Source of the DNA: Polyangia bacterium
Lineage (GTDB): Bacteria > Myxococcota_A > Polyangia > JAAYKL01
NCBI GenBank assembly: GCA_050287845.1
Contig: JBNKCR010000065.1
Span: 14,759-78,758, forward strand
Reading direction: 5' to 3'
DNA: 64,000 bases
Part shown: in pieces, positions 37,601 to 46,166 of the stretch
Layout: every line of letters begins with the position of its first letter
Numbering within the stretch: position 1 is the stretch's first letter
Program-made: the position numbers and the translations under genes
The notes under the pieces: model-generated
What the model saw: only the letters and a program-made list of their open reading frames with translations
The model's database searches: none
What the model was told of the DNA's origin: nothing

Positions 37601-39284
37601 CCAGCGCCAGCTTGTTCAGATACTGTCTGGGCGTCACCCAGACCTCTGCCGAATCTTCCGCATCGTCGGTACATTCGGTCTGACTCAGTTCTCTTAAAAC
37701 AATACAATCCTCCGCCGGCGCCTTACAGAACCCGTTTCCTGCGGCATCGGTCGTCCAGACCGCCCCGGTCGAGGGCACATCGCACCGGTTGGGGGTGGAA
37801 TCGTCTTTCTCCTTCATGTTCACACCGATGACCACCAGGTACAGGGGCTGCACGTCGGTGCTGCCCACACTGGACGCCAACCGGTCCACCACGTGAAACA
37901 TCTGTCCCACTTCGGTTTCCGTGGCATTGAACGGACAATAGTAGCCTTTGGTGGTATCCAGGGCCGTCCATGGGGGAGGCGGCTCTCCGGCCTGTGCATT
38001 CTTGCTGCAATACTCCTGGGGAAATTCCAGAGCGTCGGTCTGGATGCCATCGGTAATGAATACAGCCACCTTGGGACGGCACTGAAAAAACAAATCCGCG
38101 CCGCCGTTGTATCCCGGGCGGGCTTCCGGGGCATTGTACAGATATTCCCCCGCGTCATCGAACATGGCCGCATCGAAAGAGCAGTGATTGGGCTCCGTGG
38201 TACTCAGCACATCCCGGACATCCTGGTTGGAACTCTCAAAATCGTCCGACAGCGGCACCATGCGACCCACCGCCTCGGGATCGGGACCGCGCACACCGGC
38301 ATTCCAGAACCGCCGGGCGGACGTGGTGGGAATGGCCCCATCATATGCAGGATTATTGGGGTCCCGTTGCTCGTATGCAATAATGTACCAGGGCACATCC
38401 CGGCCGTAGTCCCAACCGGCCCGATGCCGGTCTTCCACACCCCATGAATTGAATTTCGCCGTGCTGCTGGCCGCGTCCCAGTAGGTGTACGTGGGAGCGG
38501 GTAAATTGTCGAAAGTCATCAGATTGAACCGCGCCAGGCTTCGATACAGCTCCAATACACCGTCGGTGGACCGGTCCATGGCCAGGGGATGAAAATTCAG
38601 GCAGATTTCCCGCATCACTTCCCCATCGTCCACCACGTAATAATTGGTCTCACCGTCGATTTCATCCTGGCACCAGTACTCCCGCCCGGTGCTGGTTATT
38701 ATGATGTGTCCGGGCACCGTGCCGGGTAGATTGCCGATGCACTGCTGATAGGTCTCGTTCCAATCCCCGCGACCTCCCACCGCAGTGGATCGGGGATCCC
38801 GGCAATTGATAAGCCGAAAATGGGGTTCCCGGCTGAACTGCCAGTATTCGGAAGTGAGCACGGACGCGTTATCCATCAACAATTGGGTATCGGACATAAT
38901 CGCGTCGCCGAGGCCACTGATGGTATCGGCTTTAATGAGTGGGCGGATGCCGGCCTCTTCGTAAAAACAGTGCTGGTACAAATCAGGGACAGAGCCCAGC
39001 ATGGCCTCCAGCACCATCTGCCAGGACGTGGTGCCCACCGAAAACCCGGTCTGGGTATTCATCTGTGCACACTGCGACTCTGAAATATTGGTCCGCCGAT
39101 CTGATTCGTAATCATCGGCATCGGTCATTTTGGTCCAGTTCATTCCCCGTCCGGTATCCAGGAGGATGGTGACATTGGGGTTGATGTGCTGTCCCGGAAG
39201 CTGTGCCCGGGCACTGACGCCAATCATCGTTGTCGAAGCGAGTATTGCTGCTGCCCATAAAATATGTCGTTTCATCTTCATCAT
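34614..39284 (-). CDS. pilY1: PilY1/PilC-type type IV pilus tip adhesin
   Basis: C-terminal propeller motifs LGDIYNSTP, YVGTNDGILHSF, WGFIP, VDASP..ADV, GGLGKGG..YYALDVT, GDDRGRIW, FGTG, YFTTFTP. N-terminal vWA-like PNVTILLDT and FITDG. Confidence 0.9.
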   Translation of the reverse strand: MMKMKRHILWAAAILASTTMIGVSARAQLPGQHINPNVTILLDTGRGMNWTKMTDADDYESDRRTNISESQCAQMNTQTGFSVGTTSWQMVLEAMLGSVPDLYQHCFYEEAGIRPLIKADTISGLGDAIMSDTQLLMDNASVLTSEYWQFSREPHFRLINCRDPRSTAVGGRGDWNETYQQCIGNLPGTVPGHIIITSTGREYWCQDEIDGETNYYVVDDGEVMREICLNFHPLAMDRSTDGVLELYRSLARFNLMTFDNLPAPTYTYWDAASSTAKFNSWGVEDRHRAGWDYGRDVPWYIIAYEQRDPNNPAYDGAIPTTSARRFWNAGVRGPDPEAVGRMVPLSDDFESSNQDVRDVLSTTEPNHCSFDAAMFDDAGEYLYNAPEARPGYNGGADLFFQCRPKVAVFITDGIQTDALEFPQEYCSKNAQAGEPPPPWTALDTTKGYYCPFNATETEVGQMFHVVDRLASSVGSTDVQPLYLVVIGVNMKEKDDSTPNRCDVPSTGAVWTTDAAGNGFCKAPAEDCIVLRELSQTECTDDAEDSAEVWVTPRQYLNKLALAGWPTDANVLPYVSINASGTFRQPPWRTPSVEDASVMQSEWCEQDENNCGGEADDGEENGAIFVDSAAELTEVLSMVLQSISPETVSTRTEIVTATNPDASVETPTAAAQFVFNSGYRSETAGPWKGYLYRQGQQCTFEEGTDSSDGGAVGSPDAFHNMLKDQTERRLYVRKPDITDGDLAYSTDPQFKKGLVDLLVEFDNSTAPLYDNDLGIEETGSETEHLYVDAVAEYLYGNDDATPRGEHPLGDIYNSTPTVLTAPNERVPYASYQEFRNNNSGWVKGPAGDIETPNQLMSTRQPLLYVGTNDGILHSFNVMSGLTGHTDLDAEGWGFIPSPLLPGIGKQFPVRVLREYKWDDKGTSDTTDDEWVSSYELDTTTESGYQHMFGVDASPVAADVLLYKNNTDTSVDELDYWRSIVVGGLGKGGFGYYALDVTRGPEHRPVYRWELSPDEYGVNAPKYAASGEDPMSDYSLMRARFAKMGMALSRPELAYVYIEGIPPKENTSSSMKHQVAVAILPGGYRTSENGGMEIATGVYIVRLADGKLIRYLDPTVDGDVDADNIASGIFDSPLFTGTQAEVRQSARVAQLIGQPVVPNSIRTGKVADQAFIGDDRGRIWQIDMSSMDPTEWKLRLFFDTLLAEHFPYRDCLSDEDDNAAGDAGFSECCTSKQTDVSLACTTAEIEAIFQTAGRAKEDLGTDKCTGKSCANKAYPFPRIPMLAPPTIVQDEERNNVLLFGTGQVDGLETLDHHRVFSITQKPDIQMSFNDGGTSDDATDDVTSSVLTMGSPEVNWWLGEGVPDKPLTMAPGTELANIENEMFPSASGENTAAADGRANIGGYDFFGLGEKLLGRIFVFNKVAYFTTFTPLENASQNACDDGGSKIWGVNFNALTTTDGTGSDVYPQLQLPDETELQPFEVYDGTVLTGLRLVRRPSCGGREGFTLMVQRANPAAPPTEPSSSAGTPPQIDTIALDLPAPQEGFTRVGIDSWSIVTGGS

Positions 39285-39289
39285 CCTCG

Positions 39290-39958
39290 CTAATTGCCAT
39301 AGGCGGCAATGGGGCCAATGGTCACACGCCCCTTGCCCGTTGCCCGCGCCGTTTCCACAAACTGCGTGTTCCAGAATGCATACGATGTCCCGAAACGCAC
39401 GGTCACATTCACGCCAAACACATACCAGGCATAGTTCTGGTCATCAAAACAGGAATATCCCGGTGGACAGGGCCCCACCAATGGCGGATCGTATGTGATA
39501 ATCGTCTGATAATCTGCGTTGGTCCCCGAACTCAGGTTGCTCAAATCGGGAATGAATCCCTGGGGACAATCCGTGTCGGATGCCGGATTGCAGGTGGCTG
39601 TGGTACCAGTGGTGAAAAAGTCGTCCGACAGCATGAATGCGTACTTCACCTCCCACAGATTCATATCATCCCCCACAATTTCCATGGTGCCGGTATTCGG
39701 GGTGATGAAATGCTCCCGGTAATAATCCGGCGAGGCGCGCAGATCCGTGATGGCCACTGCCATGGCGCTTTCCACCAGCGCGACGGCCTGGGTGGAATCC
39801 ACATAAGCCCCGGTGGACCTCGCCTCCTGTCGGGAATGCCGTACCGCCAGCAGCCCGAGCCCACTGATGAGGATCACCAGCAACAGTACCATAATCAGCA
39901 CAAATCCCCGTTGGGTCCGTGCCATGTCCCGTTTGATTTCACTCATGTGCATACGCAT
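39290..39958 (-). CDS. pilX: PilX-like minor pilin
   Basis: QRG-FVLIMVLLLVILIS.LG prepilin motif lacking Glu5; located between pilW and pilY1. Start uncertain. Confidence 0.8.
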   Translation of the reverse strand: MRMHMSEIKRDMARTQRGFVLIMVLLLVILISGLGLLAVRHSRQEARSTGAYVDSTQAVALVESAMAVAITDLRASPDYYREHFITPNTGTMEIVGDDMNLWEVKYAFMLSDDFFTTGTTATCNPASDTDCPQGFIPDLSNLSSGTNADYQTIITYDPPLVGPCPPGYSCFDDQNYAWYVFGVNVTVRFGTSYAFWNTQFVETARATGKGRVTIGPIAAYGN

Positions 39959-39972
39959 CATCCGCCCCCCCA

Positions 39973-41244
39973 TCAGTACGTCCATGACCAGGCCTGATCG
40001 TTCGAATTAAACAGGTACATCTGGCTCTGGATATTGGGCAGTTTCACTTCCACCGTGTATCGGCGCACCTTGTAATTTCCCACATCAACGGGATTGCCGC
40101 CGCTATCCACCGGCGCATTGGCCAGTTCATCGGTCAACACCTGACCGGCACCGGTGCCTGTTCCCTGGGATTGATCCGTTCTTTCGGTGCGCACCGCCAG
40201 AGAGATGATGGCCGAGCGCACATACTCCGGAAAAACCACGTTGCTTTCAATATTGGTTCGGGTGGGAAGAGGCAGCTGGTCAACCGCAGACGTCTGATTC
40301 ACCAGCACGGCCGTTTCCGGAGGCAGCGTGGTGATGCTCGCCCCGGTCAGTGCGGGGTAATACGCCTGGTCCGCCACCGGCTGGGTGCCGTTTCCGGTGC
40401 TGTTGGGATCAACCGCGCGGAACCACACCTGAAAGTCCACCACATTTTCCGCCACCACCACCGCATCCCTGGCGGAAACCGCGCTGATGGCATTCTTTGC
40501 CCCGGTGCCGATGGTGGCGGAGGTGTTGGTGTCGTAATCAATAAAATAGCGCATGAGCACATTCCGATTGCCGTCGAGGTTTTCCACCCGGAACATCACT
40601 GCCTGATTGGCGCCCACCTTCACATTTCGTTCGCCAAACGCATTGCCTATCAGTTCCCCGCCCACGGTGGTAATCTGGCAGGTCTGACAGACGCCATTAT
40701 TACAGCCATTTTCTGCCGGAGTGGTACTGGCCGATATTTTCACTTCGTGGGTCTGACCGGTGGCCAGGACGAGATGGGCAAAGGCGTAATTGCCGTTAAA
40801 CTCCCGGGCGCACTGCCCCTGTGGAAACCAGCCATGCATCAGAATGGTGCCATTTGCATCCACCTCGCCCTCATACATGGTATCGCCGATAAAATTGCCC
40901 ACCAGGATGACCGTGTCCGGGCCGGTGGCATTGGGATTGAGGTGGACAATGGGATTTCGAAAATACGCCATGTGGGTTCCACTCCCGGCGCCACCATCAC
41001 TCACCAGTGAATTGCTGTTTTCGTCGGACCGCGGATTCGCCGCATAGAACATCCCCGCCCGCATGAAGTCAAACCGGAGCATATCAATGCCCGCCCGGGC
41101 TGCCTGGGACGCCTCCACCACCATCTGCTCGTTTTCCGCAGTCTGGGCCATCGATCGCGTAATCATGGTGAGGGAAATGGCCGCGATGGAGCCCAGCAGC
41201 AGGGCAATCATCATTTCAATCAGTGTAAAACCGCGTTGTTGCAT
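39973..41244 (-). CDS. pilW: PilW-like minor pilin
   Basis: QRG-FTLIEMMIAL; DFMRAG; VAENVVDFQV; SLAVRT. Confidence 0.83.
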   Translation of the reverse strand: MQQRGFTLIEMMIALLLGSIAAISLTMITRSMAQTAENEQMVVEASQAARAGIDMLRFDFMRAGMFYAANPRSDENSNSLVSDGGAGSGTHMAYFRNPIVHLNPNATGPDTVILVGNFIGDTMYEGEVDANGTILMHGWFPQGQCAREFNGNYAFAHLVLATGQTHEVKISASTTPAENGCNNGVCQTCQITTVGGELIGNAFGERNVKVGANQAVMFRVENLDGNRNVLMRYFIDYDTNTSATIGTGAKNAISAVSARDAVVVAENVVDFQVWFRAVDPNSTGNGTQPVADQAYYPALTGASITTLPPETAVLVNQTSAVDQLPLPTRTNIESNVVFPEYVRSAIISLAVRTERTDQSQGTGTGAGQVLTDELANAPVDSGGNPVDVGNYKVRRYTVEVKLPNIQSQMYLFNSNDQAWSWTY

Positions 41245-41256
41245 ACGTGCCCCGTT

Positions 41257-41919
41257 TCAATCCGTTACTTTATTGGCAAAATCCCTGGTCAGGATCTGCT
41301 CCATAATCAGTGAATGATAGTTGGCCGGTACCGCGCCATCCACAGCGGAAGCATCACCGATATGGCTGGCGCAGTCGGTCCAGTCGCTGCCATCGGTCAC
41401 ATATCCCCCCTCCATGGGCCAGGTGACCATCACAGAGGCGTGATACAGATTGCCCGGCAGTGCCTTGCTGGAACCGGGCCCGTTATTAAAGAGTACCCGG
41501 AAATGAATGCAATACTGGGCCGTATCGGCGGCAGCATACTTGGCATCGGTTTCGTTGGACAGATACTCGTCAAACCGGAGACTACTGCCCTTCCCCGACA
41601 GGGACACCCATCCGGTATCCGTGGCGGCAACGGTATCGCGCAGTTTCATGAAATACGAATGCGTAAATGAACCGGTAATCGGTGTTTCCCCGGGGGCATA
41701 TGCGGCCACTTCGTTTTCGAGCCAGGTCATGGCGAACTGAGCCAGATTGGATGCCGCAGTCCGTTCCCGCCCGTACACCGAGGCATCCATCGATACCTTG
41801 TTCAGCGCCACCAGTCCCATGGCGGTAATGGAAAATACCACGGTGGCAATCAGCACCTCAAGCAGTGAGAAACCCCGATTTTCTGTTTTTTGTCGTATTG
41901 CTTCTGTCATGATTGACAT
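41257..41919 (-). CDS. pilV: PilV-like minor pilin
   Basis: RG-FSLLEVLIA; ERTAASNLA; VMVTW. Confidence 0.8.
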   Translation of the reverse strand: MSIMTEAIRQKTENRGFSLLEVLIATVVFSITAMGLVALNKVSMDASVYGRERTAASNLAQFAMTWLENEVAAYAPGETPITGSFTHSYFMKLRDTVAATDTGWVSLSGKGSSLRFDEYLSNETDAKYAAADTAQYCIHFRVLFNNGPGSSKALPGNLYHASVMVTWPMEGGYVTDGSDWTDCASHIGDASAVDGAVPANYHSLIMEQILTRDFANKVTD

Positions 41920-41922
41920 GCC

Positions 41923-42732
41923 TCACTCATCTATCGCAGTCAACTTCACATACGGATGTCCGCCTGCGGGTATCATCACGCGACGGGTGACATCCTCGGA
42001 CCCCACCGGCGTTACCGAAGCGGCGCCGGGCGGGCAGTTGCCGGTCCCCGCAGTAAATCGATTGAATCGCACATCTCCGCCGCTGAACCAGTCGGTCCGG
42101 GTAGAAGACGGTGTTCCCCCGGCCGTGATCCATGGAGAACAGGCTTTGCGCCAGGGGGCGGCTGCATTCAGTGCACCGGTGGCATTACACATTGCATTGG
42201 CGTCAATCGCGCCGCTGCCGGCCCGAACCCACAATTGTCCCGAGCCGTTGTAGCAGAACGCCGCACCGGTAGTCGAATAGTCCGTCGCATCCACCGCACA
42301 GGTGCCTGACGCTGCATTCACCGCAGCAATCCGAAAGCTGCACATATCAATACCGGAATCGGTGTAGTCCTGCGCTTTCAGATACACCACGCCAGCGCCG
42401 GGATTGGCGGCAGCCACCGTCGGATCGACACCATCATTCTCTGCCAGATTGAAACAGCGCTGTCGAATGGGCGAATTGCAGGCTGTTCCGTTCAGCAGAT
42501 TCACCCACATGGAATCATTTCGAACCTCAATCACCACCGCCAGCCGACTTTTCATGGCCAGTGACCGTGCGCCAGCCACCGTCCGCTGAAACAAACTGGT
42601 CATTTCCGACAGTTTATTGCGCTTGTGCACCTGGTTCAGCTGCGGGACAGTCACCGCCGCCAGAATGGCTATCAGCACCACTGTGACCATGAGTTCAATC
42701 AGTGTATATCCTCGGATTTTAAACTTTTTCAT
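41923..42732 (-). CDS. fimU: FimU/FimT-like minor pilin
   Basis: RG-YTLIELMVTVVLIAILAAV.VP; ARSLAM; Cys-rich C-terminus. ATG 42732 with AGGAG upstream. Confidence 0.8.
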   Translation of the reverse strand: MKKFKIRGYTLIELMVTVVLIAILAAVTVPQLNQVHKRNKLSEMTSLFQRTVAGARSLAMKSRLAVVIEVRNDSMWVNLLNGTACNSPIRQRCFNLAENDGVDPTVAAANPGAGVVYLKAQDYTDSGIDMCSFRIAAVNAASGTCAVDATDYSTTGAAFCYNGSGQLWVRAGSGAIDANAMCNATGALNAAAPWRKACSPWITAGGTPSSTRTDWFSGGDVRFNRFTAGTGNCPPGAASVTPVGSEDVTRRVMIPAGGHPYVKLTAIDE

Positions 42733-42772
42733 AAATGGATTCTGCTCCTGAATACGCCCACTTTTGTAAAGT

Positions 42773-42788
42773 TGCAATTAGTATACCG
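42773..42788 (-). promoter_or_regulatory. Candidate sigma54 (-24/-12) promoter of the minor pilin operon
   Basis: Minus strand reads CGGTATACTAATTGCA = GG-N10-GC with TTGCA, about 40 bp upstream of the fimU ATG. Confidence 0.5.
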
Positions 42789-42996
42789 GTGCAGGGAGCG
42801 AAGTACCAGAAAGCGGCTGAATTCCCGGAATTTCCCGACAGACGTGGGGCTGCAACGATTGAACAGGCAAATCGGGGAACCTTCATCCGGCCGCTGAATC
42901 CGGCTGCTGCAACGCAGTTTTTGCGTAGCTCCGCATTTTTTTCATAGTAGCTGAAACTCTACACCAATACAAAAACTGAAAATTGGATGGGGCCGG

Positions 42997-43968
42997 TCAG
43001 GTGAGTTCTTCGGTGCGCACCGCTTCATCGGCATACTCCAGTAACTCCCGAACCTGATCCGGCGTAAGGTTGAGGCGATAGAAAAGGGGTTCCGCCATGG
43101 GCTCCACCGTTTTCCGGGGAACTGCCGCACCCACATGACGAAGGACGATGTCCGTTACCGCAATCACCAGCGCCATATTGCCGGTGTCATTGACCTGATC
43201 CGCGTGGTGATGATGCAGAACCGCATCGGACAATACCTTCGGAAGTCCCCAACTTTCGCAGATTCGGGCGCCTACCTGCGCGTGGAGAACGTGAACCGAC
43301 GCCTGAAGCGACTCCGGAGAATACAGCTCTCTTTTTACTTTCTTGCAGTGGTTGGCCACAATTCCCAGGATGATCGCTTCGCCCATATCATGGAGTAATC
43401 CACACAGATACGCCATCTCCGACTCGAACCGGAGCCGGACACAGATTTCCCGGGCAATGCTGCCAGCCAATTGAGCGGCAGTGTACAACTCCCGCATTCG
43501 GTTGGCATAGCCGGGCACCTTGAATATCGTAGTCTGCGCCACCACCTGAAATGCCACATCGCGAACCGCTGCCAACCCCAGACGGGCAATGGCCAGTCCG
43601 AGAGAGCGTACGGGTTGACCCCGGCTGTAAAAAGCGGAATTGGCCACCGCAACGATCTTCGCCGCCACCAGCGGATCTCTGGATACCACTTTTTCTACAC
43701 GATGAAAGTCCACATCCGGCTTGTTCGCCATCTGGGTCAATGACAGCGCCACTTCCGGTAGAATCGGAGGCTCGTAGTCGTCGGTATCCAGTATTTTTTT
43801 AACAATCTTCGCAACCTCCATGGCATCGACATCTTCACCGGCAATATCCACCAACTGCTGTTCATTGATCACATACATCCCTTTTCCGTAATCAGCCGGT
43901 CGGTTCTTTTTCATTTGCGTGGTCATAAAATTGGACTCCATCGATGTCGCACCATTGTCGGACTGCAT
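42997..43968 (-). CDS. HDOD domain protein
   Basis: PILPEVA, DPLVAAKIVAVANSAFY, AIARLG, GLLHDMG, W.LP...HHH. Confidence 0.9.
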   Translation of the reverse strand: MQSDNGATSMESNFMTTQMKKNRPADYGKGMYVINEQQLVDIAGEDVDAMEVAKIVKKILDTDDYEPPILPEVALSLTQMANKPDVDFHRVEKVVSRDPLVAAKIVAVANSAFYSRGQPVRSLGLAIARLGLAAVRDVAFQVVAQTTIFKVPGYANRMRELYTAAQLAGSIAREICVRLRFESEMAYLCGLLHDMGEAIILGIVANHCKKVKRELYSPESLQASVHVLHAQVGARICESWGLPKVLSDAVLHHHHADQVNDTGNMALVIAVTDIVLRHVGAAVPRKTVEPMAEPLFYRLNLTPDQVRELLEYADEAVRTEELT

Positions 43969-44089
43969 TCACCAGTTACTAACGTCCGATTCCATACCAG
44001 ATTAAGAAGTATCGTTAAAAAAAGGGTGCCGCTGTCGATACTGATTTCTGGACGGTAAGTGGAGGCTCAGGAAGCAACGTGAGATACCA

Positions 44090-44935
44090 ATGAAAATATC
44101 CAGCACTGATTTTGACCTGATGAAAACGTTTATCGAGGAGCAATGCGGTATTGTGCTGCGCGATTCCCAGAACTATCTTCTGGAGAGCCGACTCAATGGG
44201 CTTCTGGCCCAAACCCGCTGCAACAGTTTCGGCGACTTCTATCGATTGGCCAAACAGAACAGAATTCCCGGATTACGTGAAAAAATCATCAACGCCATGA
44301 CCACCAATGAAACGTTCTGGTTTCGGGATTCCCATCCCTGGCAGGAGTTTCGGGATACCATTCTGCCGGAGTGGGACGCGGACCAGAAGCCGTCGTCGCC
44401 CCAGAGGCGCATCTGGTCCGCCGCCGCGTCCATGGGACAGGAAGCGTATTCCATCGCCATGCTGATTGATTCCCACATCAAAAAGCACCCGGATACCCCA
44501 CTTAAAGGGAAAATTGAAATTCTGGGCACCGATATTTCCACCTCGGCATTGTTTGTCGCCATCTCCGGCAACTACGATACGCTCGCCATGGGGCGCGGCT
44601 TCATTCCACCATTTGATCATTTCAGAGACACCTACTTCGTCCAGCGAAACCGGGTATGGGAAATCTCTGCGGAGGTGAAAAAAATGGTCAACTTCCACCA
44701 CTTCAATCTGCAGGACTCATTTATCACACTGGGAAAATTTGATCTGATTTGCCTGAGAAATGTCATCATCTATTTTTCCAATGATTTCAAGCAAACCCTG
44801 TTCGACAAAATTGCAAACTGCCTGGCGCCGGGGGGCTATCTGCTATTGGGCTCATCGGAAACGCCCATTCGATATTCCGACCGCCTGAAACTCAGAAGGG
44901 TCGGACAAAGCATTTATTATCAGCTGAAGGAATAA
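44090..44935 (+). CDS. cheR: Chemotaxis protein-glutamate methyltransferase
   Basis: TTNETFWFRD, IWSAAASMGQEAYS, GTDIS, FDLICLRNVIIYF, LGSSE. Confidence 0.92.
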   Translation: MKISSTDFDLMKTFIEEQCGIVLRDSQNYLLESRLNGLLAQTRCNSFGDFYRLAKQNRIPGLREKIINAMTTNETFWFRDSHPWQEFRDTILPEWDADQKPSSPQRRIWSAAASMGQEAYSIAMLIDSHIKKHPDTPLKGKIEILGTDISTSALFVAISGNYDTLAMGRGFIPPFDHFRDTYFVQRNRVWEISAEVKKMVNFHHFNLQDSFITLGKFDLICLRNVIIYFSNDFKQTLFDKIANCLAPGGYLLLGSSETPIRYSDRLKLRRVGQSIYYQLKE

Positions 44936-44938
44936 ATT

Positions 44939-45802
44939 ATGGCAGGGAACAAAGAAGAAGTACTGAAAGCCATTGCAGGGATAGACGATCTGCCATCATT
45001 TCCGGACGTGCTGATTCGGTTTCAGAACGAAATGGCCAACGCACATCCGGACGTGAAAAAACTGGCGGCTATCATCGAGGACGATCCGGGGCTGACTGCC
45101 AGATTCCTCAAAGCGGTGAATTCTGCATTTTACACCCGCTCCGGGACCATCACATCCATTTCGCAGGCCGTGGCAAGACTGGGGCTGATCGAAACAAAGA
45201 AGCTGGCAGTCACCACGGCACTCTTTGATCGCTACCGGAGCTATGGTGGTCTGGTTCCCGCAAGCTTCTGGACCCACTCCATCGCGGTGGCCCTCGCCAC
45301 CCGGGCCATCGTTCAGCTGGGCACACATTCCCTGTCTCTGGAAGAAACCGAAACCGCCTACATCGCCGGACTTCTGCACGACATCGGAATCATTGTGCTG
45401 TTCCACCTGTTTGAAAACGATTATCGAAAAATACACGAAGCAGAGCATCCCGGCGGCGGCATCCGAGTGGAAAGTGAATCGGCGCAGTTTGGTGTGCATC
45501 ATGGCGAGGCCGGCGCGGCCCTGATGCGAAGTTGGCGACTGCCGATTGCACTCTACGAACCCATTGAATTTCATCACCATCCCTGGCTGTCCACCGATCC
45601 CAACCGCCCCGTCTGTTACCTGATCCATCTGGCCGATTTCATCTGCAATAACATCGGCGCCGCACGGATGGAAACCCGCATTGAAACGGCGTTCGACGAA
45701 ACCGCGTTCGAAATGTTTCACCTCTCGCTCTCGCAGGTTCCGGAAATTATTGAAAATGTCAGGCAGCAGGCGGCCACCGCAGAATCACTGGTCAATCTGT
45801 AA
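44939..45802 (+). CDS. HDOD domain protein
   Basis: LPSFP, DPGLTARFLKAVNSAFY, FWTHS, GLLHDIG, HGEAG, WRLP, FHH. Confidence 0.92.
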   Translation: MAGNKEEVLKAIAGIDDLPSFPDVLIRFQNEMANAHPDVKKLAAIIEDDPGLTARFLKAVNSAFYTRSGTITSISQAVARLGLIETKKLAVTTALFDRYRSYGGLVPASFWTHSIAVALATRAIVQLGTHSLSLEETETAYIAGLLHDIGIIVLFHLFENDYRKIHEAEHPGGGIRVESESAQFGVHHGEAGAALMRSWRLPIALYEPIEFHHHPWLSTDPNRPVCYLIHLADFICNNIGAARMETRIETAFDETAFEMFHLSLSQVPEIIENVRQQAATAESLVNL

Positions 45803-45810
45803 ATTATGGG

Positions 45811-46155
45811 TCACATGTCCTTGAACCACTCCTTGAGTTTTTCCGCTGCATGTTCCCGGTGTTCCGCTTTGATATGCGCTGCCACAGTGGCCACGGCTGC
45901 CACCAGCACCCCCAGATCGTCGCTATATCCGGTAATGGGTGTAATATCTGCAATGGCATCGAAGGGAACAATAAAATACCCGAGCGCAGCATAGATTGTT
46001 GTTTTCGCCCAAAGGGGCGTGTCCGGATCCCGCGCCGAATAGTACATGGTCAACGCGTTATCCAGGACTCTTTTACCCGCAGCACCGGCATACTTTTTCA
46101 CCTTGTTCCAAAAGCCATCATTACTGAACGCTTTTTCGAACTCATTTTCGGTCAT
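45811..46155 (-). CDS. YkvA/DUF1232 family membrane protein
   Basis: FWNKVKKYA, TPLWAK, ALGYFIVPFDAIAD..P..GYSDD. Confidence 0.9.
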   Translation of the reverse strand: MTENEFEKAFSNDGFWNKVKKYAGAAGKRVLDNALTMYYSARDPDTPLWAKTTIYAALGYFIVPFDAIADITPITGYSDDLGVLVAAVATVAAHIKAEHREHAAEKLKEWFKDM

Positions 46156-46166
46156 GAAATGCTCCC

